The translations under genes and the position numbers were made by a program. Positions 11,032-21,239 of a DNA stretch of 64,000 nt are shown piece by piece. Source of the DNA: a virus. The stretch is from IMG/VR virus record IMGVR_UViG_3300012890_000005; one strand, 5' to 3'. The notes under the pieces were generated by a model, which made no database searches, had not been told where the DNA came from, and saw only the letters and a program-made list of their open reading frames with translations. Each line of letters opens with the position of its first letter. The stretch's first letter is position 1.

Positions 11032-12189
11032 TTATTTATCTCCTTCCCATCGGTATGTCGCTATCCAGTCTGACCATCCGGGTGAATCTGGACCCCAAAC
11101 AAGTGGAGCTGTTGTTGTCGAAGGGGATGTGGGAGGCAGAGGATTGCTTGTAGTCTGTACTTCTGCAATAACCGCCTGATTGACCGCATCAGGTGATGCA
11201 ATCGCATTATCTGTCTGTTTATTTCCAATATCGATCATTATTGCATTACTCTCGCTGTATGGGCAATACTTCTGCCCCGTTAGATCGTCCGACGCATAGC
11301 TATAGACATCGGGACACGCTTCTTTCAAAGCTTTCTGCGTATCACTTATCGGCAAACCATTCGGACATTCTTCCAACAACCGATTCCAGTCATCATAACC
11401 ACAAGAACACGCTAATATCTTTCCATTTTCATCTTTCACTTGCATTCCTATTGGACAATCGATACCGGTTGGATCGCAGCTAATAACGGTGTCACATCCA
11501 TCCATTGAAAATGTCATCGGCAGCGTAGTAAAACCTTCCACATTTGAAAAATCTAAGAATGCACCACTGGGATTACCAATTGGAAAGATAGCATTCTCAA
11601 ATGCGGTACTTCCATATTCGCCCCATCCGTCGCACACTAATTTTCCGTTGCAATTTCCCGTCAAACAGTGTAATTCATTTTCACCGGGACCCTCTGTGCA
11701 TCCACGTCTAATCCAACTTCTGAAGGAATCCAGCTGACCAGCTGGCAGATATACTGTAACAGTGCTTCCGGGGTTGATTTTGAAGCCCCCACTTTGTTCT
11801 ACACTGGAATATGCTGGATATACCGTTTCGTCTTGTAAGTGATTGGTGATGATGAGCGGACGATGACTCCCATCTCTTTTTGCCAAAATCTGTTGTCCCA
11901 TTCTTTCTATTGCCGCCTCTTTTGCTTTTGCTTGTGCGAGATATGCCTGTTGTGTAGGATGAAGTGCTGTTTCAACTTGTTCGTTTTTCTTGGTATGTAG
12001 ATGTGCGTGCGCATGATTATGATGATCATGTTTGTGAAACGCAGCTGCTTTGGGTAGAAGGTGTGTGGGTGGTGGTGGAGAGGTTTCCAGTGGCCAAGTT
12101 GTTTCTACATTTTTGCTCTCAGGAGAAGTATCGAATGATTTGTCTTTTGCTGCTAGACCCAATAAAGAAGCATACTGCCCAAATCTCAT
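11032..12189 (-). CDS. Thaumatin-like protein (putative beta-1,3-glucan binding/glucanase)
   Basis: TVYPA, WIRRGC, CLTGNC.GKLVC, DFSNVEGF..PM, LKEACPDVYSYASDD; start may extend to 12237. Confidence 0.85.
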   Translation of the reverse strand: MRFGQYASLLGLAAKDKSFDTSPESKNVETTWPLETSPPPPTHLLPKAAAFHKHDHHNHAHAHLHTKKNEQVETALHPTQQAYLAQAKAKEAAIERMGQQILAKRDGSHRPLIITNHLQDETVYPAYSSVEQSGGFKINPGSTVTVYLPAGQLDSFRSWIRRGCTEGPGENELHCLTGNCNGKLVCDGWGEYGSTAFENAIFPIGNPSGAFLDFSNVEGFTTLPMTFSMDGCDTVISCDPTGIDCPIGMQVKDENGKILACSCGYDDWNRLLEECPNGLPISDTQKALKEACPDVYSYASDDLTGQKYCPYSESNAIMIDIGNKQTDNAIASPDAVNQAVIAEVQTTSNPLPPTSPSTTTAPLVWGPDSPGWSDWIATYRWEGDK

Positions 12190-12355
12190 GACTGGGTATA
12201 TATATTTTGTTTGTTTTTGTTGTTGACTTTTGATCATATAAGATCATGTATTAATTTTTCCAACGAGATCAAAACAACAAAATCTGCAGCATACAACACA
12301 AAGTGCCAAAACATATCGAGACGTCGAGCACGACACAAGTAAATCCTCCAACACA

Positions 12356-13090
12356 ATGACTTTCCTATATGAACATTTTAGAGCAACCTATACACCACCA
12401 GCCACGACAATTACGTTCACATATCAAGACGATTCCGAGGGAGACCCTGAAAATAAATATGTGTTTGATGCTCATGCTCTAGCAGCCATAAGTCCATTGT
12501 TTCGAAACATCCCACCACCTCCAAATGGAATATTCGAGATCAATCAACAAAGTTTTATCAAGACTGGTGCCGATGCTCAGTGTTTCTTAGCAATGTGCAA
12601 AGTGCCGCCACAACAGTGGTCAGGCGAGAATATGAACTGGAATTACAAGTCTTTTTATGCCGCCAGCCGTCTTTGTGATTTTTTGGGTATCGAAGCAGAA
12701 CTTGTAGTGAGATATTATCATCATGACTTTTTACAAACCCAAAAATGGAAAGATGTGAAAGCAGCTGCAATTCGGGTTGTCTTTCATCTAATCAGCATTC
12801 GCACCCACAACCAACATAACAGGAAATATATGGAGAGGGTCATTCTCCAAGCGTGGCAGACACATCAAGGTACTAATTTCATTGACGCTGACTTCGTGGT
12901 CGATGAATACCACCCTCGGAAATCCGACCGTGTCAAATTGCAAAACGATACGCAGTACGCATTATACAGTCTGTATTATCTATTTATCAGATGTTGTGAT
13001 GATCCATCAATCACTGCGGTGTCAGAGTTTATGACCGCCGAATTAGGATGGGGAACCGGTGATCCACCATACGGTTATATGTTGCATTAA
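12356..13090 (+). CDS. BTB/POZ(Skp1)-like domain protein
   Basis: FDAHALAAISPLFRNI...AASRLCDFLGIE; paralog of 22222-23016. Confidence 0.6.
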   Translation: MTFLYEHFRATYTPPATTITFTYQDDSEGDPENKYVFDAHALAAISPLFRNIPPPPNGIFEINQQSFIKTGADAQCFLAMCKVPPQQWSGENMNWNYKSFYAASRLCDFLGIEAELVVRYYHHDFLQTQKWKDVKAAAIRVVFHLISIRTHNQHNRKYMERVILQAWQTHQGTNFIDADFVVDEYHPRKSDRVKLQNDTQYALYSLYYLFIRCCDDPSITAVSEFMTAELGWGTGDPPYGYMLH

Positions 13091-13125
13091 GTATATAGTA
13101 ATGAAATACTAAAAGGGAAAAGACA

Positions 13126-13606
13126 ATGCACTGTTTGTATTTTGGTGTCATTTTTGTACAGTCTGTTTATGCTGTTCTCGTCTTTACATCATCATAATTA
13201 CTGCTTGGAAGTGCAAAACGACCATGTGTTTGCCAGACCTTGTCAATTGATTCCGGCACAAAATCTACGATATGACGATGAGACCAACCAACTTTGTTTA
13301 GTTGGATCGGAAGATTGTCTTACTTTTGATACAATGCATCTACCGCTCCGTTTCGAAGCTAAGCAAAGTCATAAGAATCATCAATCGTCGTCTGAATTTG
13401 AATTGGTTGCTGCGATTGGACGCGGTACATTGATCAAAACGAAAAATAACCGTCTTTGTGCTGCTATCCTCGATTTAAATTATCCTGTCCATTTCAAAAC
13501 ATGTGACATTTTTGATGCCAGTCAAATATTCAGTTTTCGAGGCCAACTCAAGACCCCTCCTACTCAGCCGCGTAGACCAAACATTGCTCGTTTGTACACA
13601 ACATGA
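13126..13606 (+). CDS. Ricin-B (beta-trefoil) lectin-like protein, probably secreted; apparent +1 frameshift near 13183-13185
   Basis: YCLEV..PC..AQ, CLTFD, CAAILD..TCD..SQIF repeats; ATG 13126 gives signal-like MHCLYFGVIFVQSVYA one base out of frame. Confidence 0.55.
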
Positions 13607-14326
13607 TTCGATGGAAGCAAAGATTAATAACATATATGCAACATCAAATCCCTAAACGGCTGTCAAAACAATTACAATTAACACACATGAAGGCGTTTCC
13701 CATTCTTACTATGTTGTGCACATTATCTCTTACGACTCTTTCAAGATGACTGTATATCAGTTGTTTTGTGTTTCGACAATTGAGGATTCTTGGAGATCAT
13801 TTCATTGTATCGTGATTCGATAGCGTTGTAGTAATCCCTGTTTTTCACTAGCATTGCTTCCACACAGCAAACGAGACATAGAAACGACCATCTGTTCAAT
13901 CTTGCAAGATTGATTTGCGTTTTTTTATTTCACAGCATGAGTTTCGAAAATATTTGATAAGCCAAAAAATGAAGAATGAAAACTGTAAAATATCTTATAG
14001 AATGCTCAACATTCAAAAAAATGACTTTTGAGAAGAATGCATACTGCACAAAAGGATCGTAATGCTGAAGAGTCCGTTTTTTTCCTACATGAACCAAGGT
14101 CGCGTTGAAGTCTTGAAATCCGCAAGAAAATAAAAAAGGGAAAATGAAAGGCTGCAAGGCACAACTCAAAATGAAAATGCTTCTTGTACACTGCACAACA
14201 TACTCAACATTCGAAGAAAGTTTTTTAGAAGGGATTAACATCGCTGTTCGATGTATTGACTGTACTGATTGTTGAACACTTTTTAAAACGCATTTTTTTT
14301 ACTAAAAAAAGTTCCTTTTTCCTTTC

Positions 14327-14385
14327 AGTTAACAAGTTTGAACAAGTTAAACAAAGTTAAACAAAGTTTAACAAAGTTAAACAAA
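14327..14385. repeat. Tandem about 10-bp repeat (AGTTAAACAA consensus, about 6 units) upstream of primase-helicase
   Basis: agttaacaagtttgaacaagttaaacaaagttaaacaaagtttaacaaagttaaacaaa. Confidence 0.9.
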
Positions 14386-14455
14386 TAGTCCTATCTCTAT
14401 ACGAGATTACAAGTCTCGTCGTAGTCCTCAACAATCAGTACAATCAATACACCAG

Positions 14456-17400
14456 ATGCCATTGATTAGAGAACAAAAATACGGTGCAATGTGGTATGGG
14501 GGTTGTGCAGATGACAAAACGCCACTGGGACCCAAAGAACATATGAAGAAGCAAGCCGCGAAAAAGGGGCATACTGCCCTCGTAGCAACGCAGAAACAAT
14601 ACTACAAGAAACGTACCCGAGAACCACTTCTTACGTGGCAATTTGCATCTTATCATACTTGGCATGATTTCTTCAGTATATGTTCCACACTTGAGTCGGC
14701 GCAACAGTGTTTTTTTGAGATCATACCAGCAAACAGTCCTTCCAAAGTATATCTTGATATAGACTATGATCACTCACAGGAATTCGACATTATCAAAGCT
14801 GTTGAGATTGTTGAGCTAATGAATGCATCTATAATAAAAGTAGCTCAAGAGAAGTTAGGTATCAAGGTAGTGAATGAACATCTGCACTGGGCTGTTGCAA
14901 GTCTGAACCCCAAGTTATCTCTACATTTCACTCTTGACGAGAAAGCATGTATTTTCGCTACATCAGCTGACAGATTGTCGTTTGCGACGCAAATCGCACA
15001 AGATCCCACCCTCATCGATATCAGAGACAAGATTGATCTGGGGGTTTACAGTCCAGATAGGAATATGCGCCTTTTTGGTTGTACTAAGATTAACAAAAAT
15101 AATCATTTGAAAGTTTTTGACTTTCAAAACAAAGTCATAATGCAACAAGTAGCCATCAAAACGTACATCGAAGCGACAATTACAGCGATCGAGAAACCCC
15201 TCTTAGCTTTGTCGCTGACCAACGCGACTTGTCAGTCTAATGAAATCACTTCAGGCGATCACTCCGAGATACGGCATTACGTAGAATTACTTCTACAAGA
15301 TAGGAAGGTTATCACAAATATAACATACGACAACGATCTCAACATGTATTATATCTCACTATCAAAGACATTCTGCCCAAAAAAGAAGGGTTTTCACACA
15401 TCAAGCACGCAATATATAACAATTGGTGAACACGGAGTCAACATGAAATGTAGAAGTACAAAAGGTTGTGCTGATTTTTCATATGGGCATTTGCCATTCA
15501 ATGATCTACCTGCTGCTGTGCAAACTCAACTTTCTCAATACAAAAATATAAAGGATATAGATATACTTGAAAATGAAGCGCGTGCCTCCATTGTAAAGTG
15601 TCTTCCAAACAGCATATACTCAAACATGGAGATGTTGACCTGTAATGAAACAACGGTACAGAAGTTTCTTCAAGGAGACCTGGTGATAGCTGGTGGCCTT
15701 GCAAGATTATTTGGTCATCCGACCGACTGTGTCGGTCTTTTGAAGGCTCATCACAGGGAAACCTGCATAACGATAAACTGTGCGCTATGTAATTTCAAAT
15801 TACCCATGAAGATGCCCATTGACCAGTCATTAACTACGCTGTGTAAATATCTTCAAATTAATCTCACAGTTCAGAACATCACGAATCATTTTGGCGATAA
15901 TTACATCAACGATGCTGTCACATTCCCTGATTGCAAAGAATTGGTTCCTGAAGACAGAATCTTAAACGATATGATCATGAACACACTTTCTGGGAATGCC
16001 GAGCCCATCGCAATCATCTTTCATTACCTTGCCAAAGGTAATTTTGAGGAGATAGACAGACAATGGTGGTCATTCTCTCCAGAAACTGGTACGTGGGACA
16101 AAACAAAGTCATTGCATAGAGACTTTTGTAAACAAAAATTAGTTCCCGTTTTCAATCGGGTCAAAAGTTACTATCAAAAATTAGAATGTGAAGATAAATT
16201 AAAGGCTTTGCGAACAAATAAAATCGATTCCATCATTCGGAAAATCCAAGATCGAGATTTGGATCTGATCTTGAATCACGCTCTTGATATCTTTTCTAGA
16301 GATAACACATTTGCACACCACTTAGGTACCAAGACAAAGGTCCTCAACTTCAACGGAAATGTGTTTGACTTTGACACGGGTCTTTTTCGTAAGGCAGAGG
16401 CTGGAGATTATTTAGTGCAAACGTGTGGATATAAACTAGATCAATCGAACGCATCTCCATCAGTCCAATATGAAATCGAAGAGCTTCTGAGATCACTCTT
16501 TGCTGCGGAAGAGGATTACATCTATGTCATGAAAGCTATTGCGGGATCCTTGGAAGGTCTGAACAAGAATGAGTTTTTTTACATCTTCAAAGGAGCGACT
16601 GGACGGAATGGTAAAGGTGTGCTGACCGAGTTTGTGAATCGAGCACTTGGTGAAGGCAAGGTATCCTCAACACAAGCTTATTATCTCACACCTTCTGCCA
16701 CTATTTTGACTTCAGAACGACCATCGCCTAGCAAGCCAAACGTCGACGTGTTGTTTTTCAAAGGCAAGCGATTCGTTTCCATGTCAGAGCCCGAAGGATC
16801 GCAAAAAATCAATGCCGAGTTCATCAAACATATGACTGGATCGGATACGATTACGGGGCATATGAAGCATTCAAATGAAGAAGTACGATTCAAGCCCCAA
16901 CACACTATGTTTATCTCTTGCAACGACTTGCCTAAAATGAATTGTCGCGACGAAGCACTATGGACAAGAGCTAAGGTGATTGATTTTCCGTTCAAATTTG
17001 TTGAATACCCTACCGAAACGCATCACAAAAAGATCGATACGAAATGGAAAGATGTAATCGCTACTGATTCGAAATACGGAATCAATTTCATGCTCCTGTT
17101 ACTGTTCAAATACTATCCGATTTACAAACAAGAAGGACTAAAAGACACGGAACGAATGAGGGTGATGCACCAAAACACCAAATTGGAGAATGATCACTAT
17201 CTTCAATTTGTTCGTGAAACATTCCTCGAAGCTGACGGCAAAATAGTCGCAAATCGTATCAGAAAACTTGAAGTCGTGTCTAGCGGCGAGAAATTCTTCA
17301 GAGCCAATTTTCCTGATATAAAGTTTTCTCCAAAAGAAGCACAACGTTCCATGACGGAAATTTTCGGCCATCCCAGTTGCATGAGAGGAGTATCTGATGG

Positions 17401-17461
17401 AGCGGAATGGAATTGTGTTGCCTACAAAGGCATCAAGTACAAGGATCATAACATAGACTGA
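14456..17461 (+). CDS. AEP (PrimPol-like) primase fused to D5-like SF3 helicase with C-terminal winged-helix-like domain
   Basis: FEII..KVYLDID, SLHF, IDLGVYS.DRNMRL; LNFNGNVFDFDTGLFR; Walker A GRNGKG, SMSEPE, SCNDLP, WTR. Confidence 0.9.
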   Translation: MPLIREQKYGAMWYGGCADDKTPLGPKEHMKKQAAKKGHTALVATQKQYYKKRTREPLLTWQFASYHTWHDFFSICSTLESAQQCFFEIIPANSPSKVYLDIDYDHSQEFDIIKAVEIVELMNASIIKVAQEKLGIKVVNEHLHWAVASLNPKLSLHFTLDEKACIFATSADRLSFATQIAQDPTLIDIRDKIDLGVYSPDRNMRLFGCTKINKNNHLKVFDFQNKVIMQQVAIKTYIEATITAIEKPLLALSLTNATCQSNEITSGDHSEIRHYVELLLQDRKVITNITYDNDLNMYYISLSKTFCPKKKGFHTSSTQYITIGEHGVNMKCRSTKGCADFSYGHLPFNDLPAAVQTQLSQYKNIKDIDILENEARASIVKCLPNSIYSNMEMLTCNETTVQKFLQGDLVIAGGLARLFGHPTDCVGLLKAHHRETCITINCALCNFKLPMKMPIDQSLTTLCKYLQINLTVQNITNHFGDNYINDAVTFPDCKELVPEDRILNDMIMNTLSGNAEPIAIIFHYLAKGNFEEIDRQWWSFSPETGTWDKTKSLHRDFCKQKLVPVFNRVKSYYQKLECEDKLKALRTNKIDSIIRKIQDRDLDLILNHALDIFSRDNTFAHHLGTKTKVLNFNGNVFDFDTGLFRKAEAGDYLVQTCGYKLDQSNASPSVQYEIEELLRSLFAAEEDYIYVMKAIAGSLEGLNKNEFFYIFKGATGRNGKGVLTEFVNRALGEGKVSSTQAYYLTPSATILTSERPSPSKPNVDVLFFKGKRFVSMSEPEGSQKINAEFIKHMTGSDTITGHMKHSNEEVRFKPQHTMFISCNDLPKMNCRDEALWTRAKVIDFPFKFVEYPTETHHKKIDTKWKDVIATDSKYGINFMLLLLFKYYPIYKQEGLKDTERMRVMHQNTKLENDHYLQFVRETFLEADGKIVANRIRKLEVVSSGEKFFRANFPDIKFSPKEAQRSMTEIFGHPSCMRGVSDGAEWNCVAYKGIKYKDHNID

Positions 17462-17495
17462 ACCATTGCGCTATCGGTTGAGTTGCGCGTTAGTG

Positions 17496-18020
17496 TTAGT
17501 AGTATTGTTCCATATTGCAGACGTACCAATTGCTCTTTCGCAGACCCCAATTTCTAACAAAAACTGAGCCAATACATAAAGACGAAATAAACTTATCTAT
17601 GTGTTGAGGATCCATTGAAAACATATTATCCATCATCGGAGTCAAGCCACAATTGAAATCAATCAGGTTGGCTGCAATACTCGATAATATCACCAACAAG
17701 TAAAAGATCTCCACCGTTGAATGCAGTTTCAGTACATAGACAAGTAAAAGCATGGAGAGTAAGAAGCCTCCTGCTGCGGTTATTAAGAAATATTTTGTAA
17801 ATCTGGTTTCGTCACGCAACACCTTCTGAAGAAAGGGGTACGAGAATAAATAATTTGTATTACAAAACTCACACCTGACGCCTCGATCATACTTACTAAA
17901 ACATTCTCTATGTAGATATATATCGCAACGACAAGGTTTAATCAATTCATCCGACCACGTGTTACATTCTTCGCATATATGTTTGCTACTCAAGATCATT
18001 TGTTGTTCATGCATATCCAT
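17496..18020 (-). CDS. RING-CH (MARCH-like) E3 ubiquitin ligase with TM helices
   Basis: CEEC..LIKPCRC..LHREC..CEFC followed by two hydrophobic segments. Confidence 0.8.
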   Translation of the reverse strand: MDMHEQQMILSSKHICEECNTWSDELIKPCRCDIYLHRECFSKYDRGVRCEFCNTNYLFSYPFLQKVLRDETRFTKYFLITAAGGFLLSMLLLVYVLKLHSTVEIFYLLVILSSIAANLIDFNCGLTPMMDNMFSMDPQHIDKFISSLCIGSVFVRNWGLRKSNWYVCNMEQYY

Positions 18021-18049
18021 TTATCTTTTCCACCTACTCTGTATAAATT

Positions 18050-18370
18050 TCACATTTTCCTGGTCGCATCTAGCTTGGTTGTTTTATAGATAATTTTTAC
18101 AGCGATATAAGCAATGAAACATACAATCAAAAATGTAATCAGTGCTGAAAGCAAACGACCGATATGGAATACAACTTCTGGATCTTTACGAGCAATGAAT
18201 CGTAGATTATCTAGATTAGCACCTGGAACTAAGCTAATGGTTGGATTCACAATGGAACTCTGAAATACACTGATAAGATTTCCTAGATTGATTGAAATCA
18301 AGAGACCTACTGCTGAAGGAATCGTCAAGGAAATAAAAGAAGTAAGACTTGTTGAACTTGTTGAACTCAT
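18050..18370 (-). CDS. mscL: MscL-like mechanosensitive channel
   Basis: AVGLLI..LGNLISVF..IVNP (TM1) and IGRLLSALITFLIVCFIAYIAVK (TM2). Confidence 0.75.
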   Translation of the reverse strand: MSSTSSTSLTSFISLTIPSAVGLLISINLGNLISVFQSSIVNPTISLVPGANLDNLRFIARKDPEVVFHIGRLLSALITFLIVCFIAYIAVKIIYKTTKLDATRKM

Positions 18371-18545
18371 TTCTATATACTTTGTGTTTTATTTCTATAT
18401 AGAAGTTCTGCATTCCAAAAATAGATGGAAAGAGGAAGAAACGCTTCGAAATTAAGAGGATAATTTGACCAAATATCCACAAATACTACAGGAAACTAGT
18501 CTAGATATGAATATAAATACTAAATACTAAATACACCAATATAAG

Positions 18546-19283
18546 ATGAAGATTGATTTCTTGTTTGCATCGATATTACTATTTCGAAGTTCTGTCTCGG
18601 CCCACCCTACTTCACAAGAAGACGTCTCCGTCGATGCTCATCAACCCAACAGCGCATTCAAACGTCACTTTAGGCGTGTAACGCCGTACATTTTGTCGAG
18701 TCTATTCACAACGCCACATGGGCAGCATGAACCTCCCACAAATCAGCTCAATGTGATTGTTATTTCTCACCAGTTAATCAAAACTGAGACCTTCAGAGAA
18801 TTTTTTGACGGACTGGACGAGCAGTATCAATCGAGCAAAACATTTCTGAAAGAAATTGTTGAAGACTTCAATACACCCGTTGATATCTATACCAGCCCGC
18901 TGATCTCAATGGATGATGTAGACGTTTTGAATATCTCGAATGTAAATGAAGTATACGAAGATGCGCGTCTTTTCGAGAAAAATACTGAGAAATCCGATGT
19001 CTCGCAATCAGATGATCTACATTCGTTTCTGCAAAAGAAAGCCCAGGAAATTTTGAACGTACAGTCGTTTCACCAAAGCATTTTACTGGAATGGGCAGAA
19101 CGCAATCACGACGAAATGAATGTCATCATATTAGCTAGTCCACTGTGGTCTCTTTTGTGGCAAACAATATCATGCAAAAAGCCCATCTCGGACATTGATC
19201 CACATCATCACCCATTGACACATGAGAGTCGAATTTCGATCAAGTTTTTCCAAAGGAGAAAAGGAAAGCACGCGTTCCAGTGA
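18546..19283 (+). CDS. Signal-peptide-bearing degenerate histidine-phosphatase (PGM/SixA fold)-like protein
   Basis: MKIDFLFASILLFRSSVSA; VIVISHQ (RHG degenerate), DIYTSPL, EDARLFE, NVIILAS. Confidence 0.45.
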   Translation: MKIDFLFASILLFRSSVSAHPTSQEDVSVDAHQPNSAFKRHFRRVTPYILSSLFTTPHGQHEPPTNQLNVIVISHQLIKTETFREFFDGLDEQYQSSKTFLKEIVEDFNTPVDIYTSPLISMDDVDVLNISNVNEVYEDARLFEKNTEKSDVSQSDDLHSFLQKKAQEILNVQSFHQSILLEWAERNHDEMNVIILASPLWSLLWQTISCKKPISDIDPHHHPLTHESRISIKFFQRRKGKHAFQ

Positions 19284-21173
19284 ATGAAACAAAACGCGTT
19301 ACAGTCTCAAAATGTTTACAAACCAAGTACAAAATTAAAAAGCTCGTTTGCCATGCTAATGCAATTCTACTTTTACCATTTTTTTTTAGTTTGCTCGATA
19401 GTTCATTCGAGTCTCTTAGAAGTGCAAAACAAACCCAGTCTGTTACGTTCTGTGAGCACTCCAAGCATTGTATATACACATGCGCCCGATTACTTCTCCA
19501 TGTCTGAAAATTTGCCAGATTTCGATATAATTATTTTTAGAGTAGATAACAACGACCACGTCCGTTTGTGGAATGGTCAAGTTGTGTATAGACAAGGTTA
19601 TGTCTCACCTGGGATTGGGAGCAATATTATCGATTACTGGAATGAATATAATCTTGATAGTATCATTGCTGCTTACCAATCAGCAAAAAAACAACGACTA
19701 CCACAACGGGTGATCAAGAAAGTCAGTGAACAGCAGTTCTTATGGTATTTTACACCATGTCAGCAAGAAGACGTTCGCTCCGTCAGTGGGTATATTTTGA
19801 ATATTGACTTCATGTATCAAACGATAAATGCGGCAGAAAAAAAATACGAAGATGCTCAGATGATGCAAAGTGCTTTGAGTTCCCATCAAACCCGATACCA
19901 ATGTTACAACATTCTCATGTGTTTACAATCTATTCAAGAGACGGTTCCCATTATTCAAAAAACGAGACTGAATGGTATCTTGAACCAAGAAGGTCAAGTA
20001 TTGACGCATAATGAACTATGTGAGGAATTATTACAAGATGCTAGTAAGGCTTCTCAATGTACTACTATCTTGCTGAAGCGACAACAACAATTTGAGGATG
20101 TGATCAGTTGTCAGCAAAATACAATGACGCTTGATATCAAAACATTCGATGTGGTGCAACTTTTGACTACGCTTTGGAAAGACAATTTTCCCGAGGCTAA
20201 AAAAAAGGATATCAAATTTTGTCTGCAAATAGAGTCATTGACCGAGACCGCATTGTCATCGCAAATAAAGCAAGATGAATTCAGATTTAAACAGGTTTGC
20301 ACTACGATTATAGACAATGCGATCGAGTTTACACCAACTCGAGGCACAGTTCATTTACAGTTGAGCTTGACACAAGAATCAGTTCAAGTTAGTATCACTG
20401 ATTCGGGCATTGGTATTGAACAGGATATCTTGTTGAGTCATCAGCAAAGAATGCATTCAGGTCAGCTCTCTTTCTCGCAAACAAAGCCAGGCGCTGGATT
20501 GGGTCTCAGTCTCGCAATCGCTCACCATATCGCCGATCTTATGAAAGGAAGTCTAGAGATCAAAACAGGCTACAGCGATAATTCTAGCGATGGTGAATCC
20601 CTAGAGCAAAGCGTCAGCTCTTTCGATTTTCAGATTGGTACGCAGATTATTTTTACGGTACCATATCAACACGATACGATTGAATATTTTTATGGCGAGG
20701 ATCCCGAGGACTTTGTTCCAGCCCGCCGGAGTAGCTCCACTCAAAGAAATGCAAAAAAACAGAGCAACAAGTTCAATATTGAACGTCGCGATTTGCTGAT
20801 GGTAGTTGATGATGACGCAGTCGTGCTGAAATGGTGGACGAAATTTCTAGAACATCAAAAAATACGTGTACATACTTTTTCAGATGGTATTTTGGCAACA
20901 AACTTTTACGAGGCTCATCATACCTCTGTTTCTCTTATCATTATGGATATTCAAATGCCACATGATGGGATCACTGCAACCAAACAAATACGGAGATTTG
21001 AGGAGAAATTAGATTTACCTTTCCGTGTCAATATTATTGCTAATACGGCTAGTGGCGCCTCTGATGCTTTGCGTAGAGAGTGTCAAGATGCAGGAATGTC
21101 AGAATTTATGCAAAAACCCAATATGAAAAAAGAGATGAAACGGATCATTGATACCTATGCCAAATTTATTTAG
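19284..21173 (+). CDS. Hybrid histidine kinase (HisKA-HATPase-receiver)
   Basis: H-box SSHQTR, N-box IIDNAIEFT, G1 DSGIGI, G2 GAGLGLSLAIA, receiver VVDDD / IMDIQMP..DG / TA / MQKP; true start uncertain. Confidence 0.9.
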   Translation: MKQNALQSQNVYKPSTKLKSSFAMLMQFYFYHFFLVCSIVHSSLLEVQNKPSLLRSVSTPSIVYTHAPDYFSMSENLPDFDIIIFRVDNNDHVRLWNGQVVYRQGYVSPGIGSNIIDYWNEYNLDSIIAAYQSAKKQRLPQRVIKKVSEQQFLWYFTPCQQEDVRSVSGYILNIDFMYQTINAAEKKYEDAQMMQSALSSHQTRYQCYNILMCLQSIQETVPIIQKTRLNGILNQEGQVLTHNELCEELLQDASKASQCTTILLKRQQQFEDVISCQQNTMTLDIKTFDVVQLLTTLWKDNFPEAKKKDIKFCLQIESLTETALSSQIKQDEFRFKQVCTTIIDNAIEFTPTRGTVHLQLSLTQESVQVSITDSGIGIEQDILLSHQQRMHSGQLSFSQTKPGAGLGLSLAIAHHIADLMKGSLEIKTGYSDNSSDGESLEQSVSSFDFQIGTQIIFTVPYQHDTIEYFYGEDPEDFVPARRSSSTQRNAKKQSNKFNIERRDLLMVVDDDAVVLKWWTKFLEHQKIRVHTFSDGILATNFYEAHHTSVSLIIMDIQMPHDGITATKQIRRFEEKLDLPFRVNIIANTASGASDALRRECQDAGMSEFMQKPNMKKEMKRIIDTYAKFI

Positions 21174-21239
21174 TAATAATGTCGAGCAAAACAATCATAG
21201 CAAAACAAAGAATATGAGACTGAATACCCTTTAGGATAT

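Noticed and set aside
18461..18474. 14-nt match (taatttgaccaaat) to the putative Fanzor guide region
   Set aside because: It misses the first six guide bases and is AT-rich; chance is plausible.
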